A stretch of 64,000 bases of DNA from positions 28,340 to 92,339 of the forward strand of contig JABCTC010000011.1 in assembly GCA_018238545.1 (NCBI GenBank), written 5' to 3'. A model generated the notes under the pieces. The model was given only the letters and a program-made list of their open reading frames with translations. It was not told the DNA's origin and made no database searches. The stretch is from Candidatus Heimdallarchaeota archaeon. GTDB taxonomy: Archaea > Asgardarchaeota > Heimdallarchaeia > Heimdallarchaeales > Heimdallarchaeaceae. Below, piece by piece: positions 61,967 to 64,000 of this stretch (position 1 is its first letter; the number at the start of each line of letters is the position of its first letter). Both the position numbers and the translations under genes were made by a program.

Positions 61967-63781
61967 TTAACTATTTTCTTGTGGTTCCATGATTGATAAT
62001 TCCCATCCTCCAGGATTCCTAAACATTATCTTTTGTTCAGATAAAGGATCTATATGCATTATTAACTCTACATTATGCTGTTTGCGGAAGTGAGATGAAG
62101 CTTTCTTCACTCTAAATTTACCTTCTAACAGATGAAGAGAGGTTCCAAGAGAAGCTTTGGGAGTTAGCTCATTCGTTTCATCTAATATTGCTATTCTAGA
62201 GTTGATTTCCCAGTTCATTACACGAATAATTGGAATCATTTTGCCCTTCACTATTATTTGACTTTTTCCAATGCAATACAATGAAGACCTGTATTCAGCG
62301 GGCATGGAAGCAACTTTTCTAAAGTCTTTAACGAGAAATTTATCGAGATCTCTAGGTTTGTTCGTTAGCTCTAAGCTTATTTTATAACTTGTTTTAATTG
62401 TAGGGTATTTGTTCACGAAATCGCTATACATCTTTTGAATGGTTGTTTTCACTCTATCTAAGCCTGCATAAAATAACCAACTGAGGTATTCTATACTTGC
62501 AATACACATACCTTTATTTTCACTGTTTAAAGAAAGATAGAAAGTTTGTTCAAACATTAAACTTGCCTTATTCAGATTTCCAAGTTGCATGTATTTGAAA
62601 CCAAGTTGGTTGATGAATTCTATATTATCATAACCTTCAATAGTTGAGTGCTCCTCTACAGATTCTCGTTTTAGTATCACTGTAAGAAGAATCAATGCCC
62701 TAACCACATTGGCTACATCAGATCGTTTACATTGAGTACATGCTGCTTCAAAAGCTGGAGTGAAATATGAATTTAGCCTCTGGATCTGGCCTGAAAGCAG
62801 AAGAATAATCATTCTTAAGAAATGTACATCAATACCATATTCTTCAGCAGCACTACTATTCTGAAATAGTATCATCATCAGCTTATCCATATACACTCTA
62901 GCCAATTCTATCTTCTTGTTTTCAATCAAACAGATACATGCTAGATATTGGAGTCTACCCAATAACAAAAGAGATTCATTGTAAAGGTTCTGATCTTCAA
63001 TTTTATCGACAGCCAATTTCCAATCCACTAAATGGTCTGTAATTTCTCTAACTCTTGACAATAATTCATCTTCAAGCTCGACATACTGCCCCTGTAAGAA
63101 ATCCGCCTCTAGATGAAGCATATCCTTACTGATTTCCACTAGTAACTCTTGCAGTTGTATTGATTCTAATGAAAAACCATCACTCTCTTTAAGTTGAACA
63201 GCTGCTTGTTGAGTTAGTTTTTCTTCATATTCAGAACGAATTACAGAGATTGCAGAATCAAGAATTTTCTTGATTCTTTTTACAGGATCGTATCTATTTG
63301 TACTTTCCACAGAATATCTAATTTCAGCAGCAAATAACTTAGAATCTAGTTCCTTTAGAAAGGGTTCGATGTCTGTATCTTCGTTTTCTTCAATTAAGCG
63401 TTTAACAAAAGCGCTATTGGTTAAGGTTTTTATTCCTATCATTTCAGCTGTTTCAAGTAACTTTAGATCACTACTAACGATTGTAGCTTTCAATTTTGAG
63501 GCAGCGTAGATAACAGAAAGATCAGGTTTTTGTGGAAGGCTAGTTGATTGATCATGAAGTCTATCAATAAATTTCTGAAAATCCTTGTTGTTAACTGGTT
63601 CCACAGCGATGTAAGGTAAGATTTCGCGCTGAAGGAAGAATCTCATTTCATTTTTAATATGATGCGTAATATAGATATCAAGTTTCAATGTTTCAAACGA
63701 AGTAGCAAATTTGTGAAACTTGGTAGGTTGAACTTGAAATCCACTAATAAAGAAGTTAGTATCTAAAACGTATTTCCCCAT
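61967..63781 (-). CDS. PIN-domain protein with long helical (TPR-like) region
   Basis: YVLDTNFFI, E, D.SVI..A, IVSSD..L; helical repeats such as NQLGFKYMQLGNLNKASLMFEQT. Confidence 0.75.
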   Translation of the reverse strand: MGKYVLDTNFFISGFQVQPTKFHKFATSFETLKLDIYITHHIKNEMRFFLQREILPYIAVEPVNNKDFQKFIDRLHDQSTSLPQKPDLSVIYAASKLKATIVSSDLKLLETAEMIGIKTLTNSAFVKRLIEENEDTDIEPFLKELDSKLFAAEIRYSVESTNRYDPVKRIKKILDSAISVIRSEYEEKLTQQAAVQLKESDGFSLESIQLQELLVEISKDMLHLEADFLQGQYVELEDELLSRVREITDHLVDWKLAVDKIEDQNLYNESLLLLGRLQYLACICLIENKKIELARVYMDKLMMILFQNSSAAEEYGIDVHFLRMIILLLSGQIQRLNSYFTPAFEAACTQCKRSDVANVVRALILLTVILKRESVEEHSTIEGYDNIEFINQLGFKYMQLGNLNKASLMFEQTFYLSLNSENKGMCIASIEYLSWLFYAGLDRVKTTIQKMYSDFVNKYPTIKTSYKISLELTNKPRDLDKFLVKDFRKVASMPAEYRSSLYCIGKSQIIVKGKMIPIIRVMNWEINSRIAILDETNELTPKASLGTSLHLLEGKFRVKKASSHFRKQHNVELIMHIDPLSEQKIMFRNPGGWELSIMEPQENS

Positions 63782-63835
63782 TAAAATAGAGATAGAATAG
63801 TGTCATTAATAACCTTTTGTACAGAAACACACGTT

Positions 63836-64000
63836 ATGAAACTTGGTCAAACTTGCCAGAAGGCGTCTAACCGTCGTTTAAGTGGGCCCCCTCACGTGTG
63901 TTGAGGGGAAGAGATCGGAAGGAAGGAGAGTACCTGGGAGGGAAGAGATGTTATGCGCAGCGTTATCATGAGTGTTGACCATTTGACCACATTTACCACA
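63836..64000 (-). mobile_element. Right end of an IS200/IS605-family element (subterminal hairpin, probable omega/reRNA region)
   Basis: Abrupt GC rise; hairpins 63845-63872 and 63888-63908; TTCAT end motif on the minus strand ending at 63836. Confidence 0.65.
63878..64000 (-). CDS. tnpB: C-terminus of TnpB-like RNA-guided protein (partial; gene continues beyond the window)
   Basis: CGKCGQMVNTHDNAAHNI matches the TnpB CxxCG..xNAAxNI zinc-finger/RuvC-III motif; TAA at 63878-63880. Confidence 0.75.
   Translation of the reverse strand, partial: CGKCGQMVNTHDNAAHNISSLPGTLLPSDLFPSTHVRGPT

Noticed and set aside
845-63509. Many short antisense or nested ORFs in the track (e.g. 845-1102, 19847-20212, 33974-34429, 38425-38811, 39555-39941)
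   Set aside because: They overlap well-supported genes and have no motifs; treated as shadow ORFs.
8850-63825. Recurrent TGTACA in intergenic regions
   Set aside because: A 6-mer of this composition is expected many times by chance in AT-rich DNA; no consistent position.
1-64000. CRISPR array, tRNA or rRNA genes
   Set aside because: No regularly spaced repeats, cloverleaf or T-loop signatures, or long GC-rich RNA-gene blocks seen by eye; tRNAscan-SE and a CRISPR finder would confirm.

Overview
AT-rich, gene-dense chromosomal segment of an Asgard archaeon, probably Heimdallarchaeia (inferred from gene content). Archaeal core genes (porCDAB, carS, MCM, Hel308, GINS, NurA/HerA, Sm protein, RIO2, DRG GTPase, eS17, deoxyhypusine synthase) sit beside eukaryotic-signature proteins: a two-domain gelsolin, a transmembrane RING protein, a Rab-like GTPase and an ESCRT-II Vps22/36-like protein. 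There are two homing-endonuclease inteins, one in MCM and one, unusually, in PorB. The window ends inside the 3' end of a TnpB-like IS200/IS605 gene. The best candidate for a new system is a MoxR AAA+ ATPase/vWA pair joined by a classic -1 programmed frameshift signal: A_AAA_AAA just before the stop, a 7-nt spacer, then a hairpin or pseudoknot. This would give both a free ATPase and an ATPase-vWA fusion. Other leads are a structured ~150-nt intergenic RNA candidate overlapping a Cys-rich micro-ORF, an amber-interrupted membrane gene, an unannotated 48-aa zinc-ribbon gene and a TnpB with His at the RuvC-III Asp position. I saw no tRNA, rRNA or CRISPR array. All calls come from motif recognition by eye; no searches or folding programs were run.
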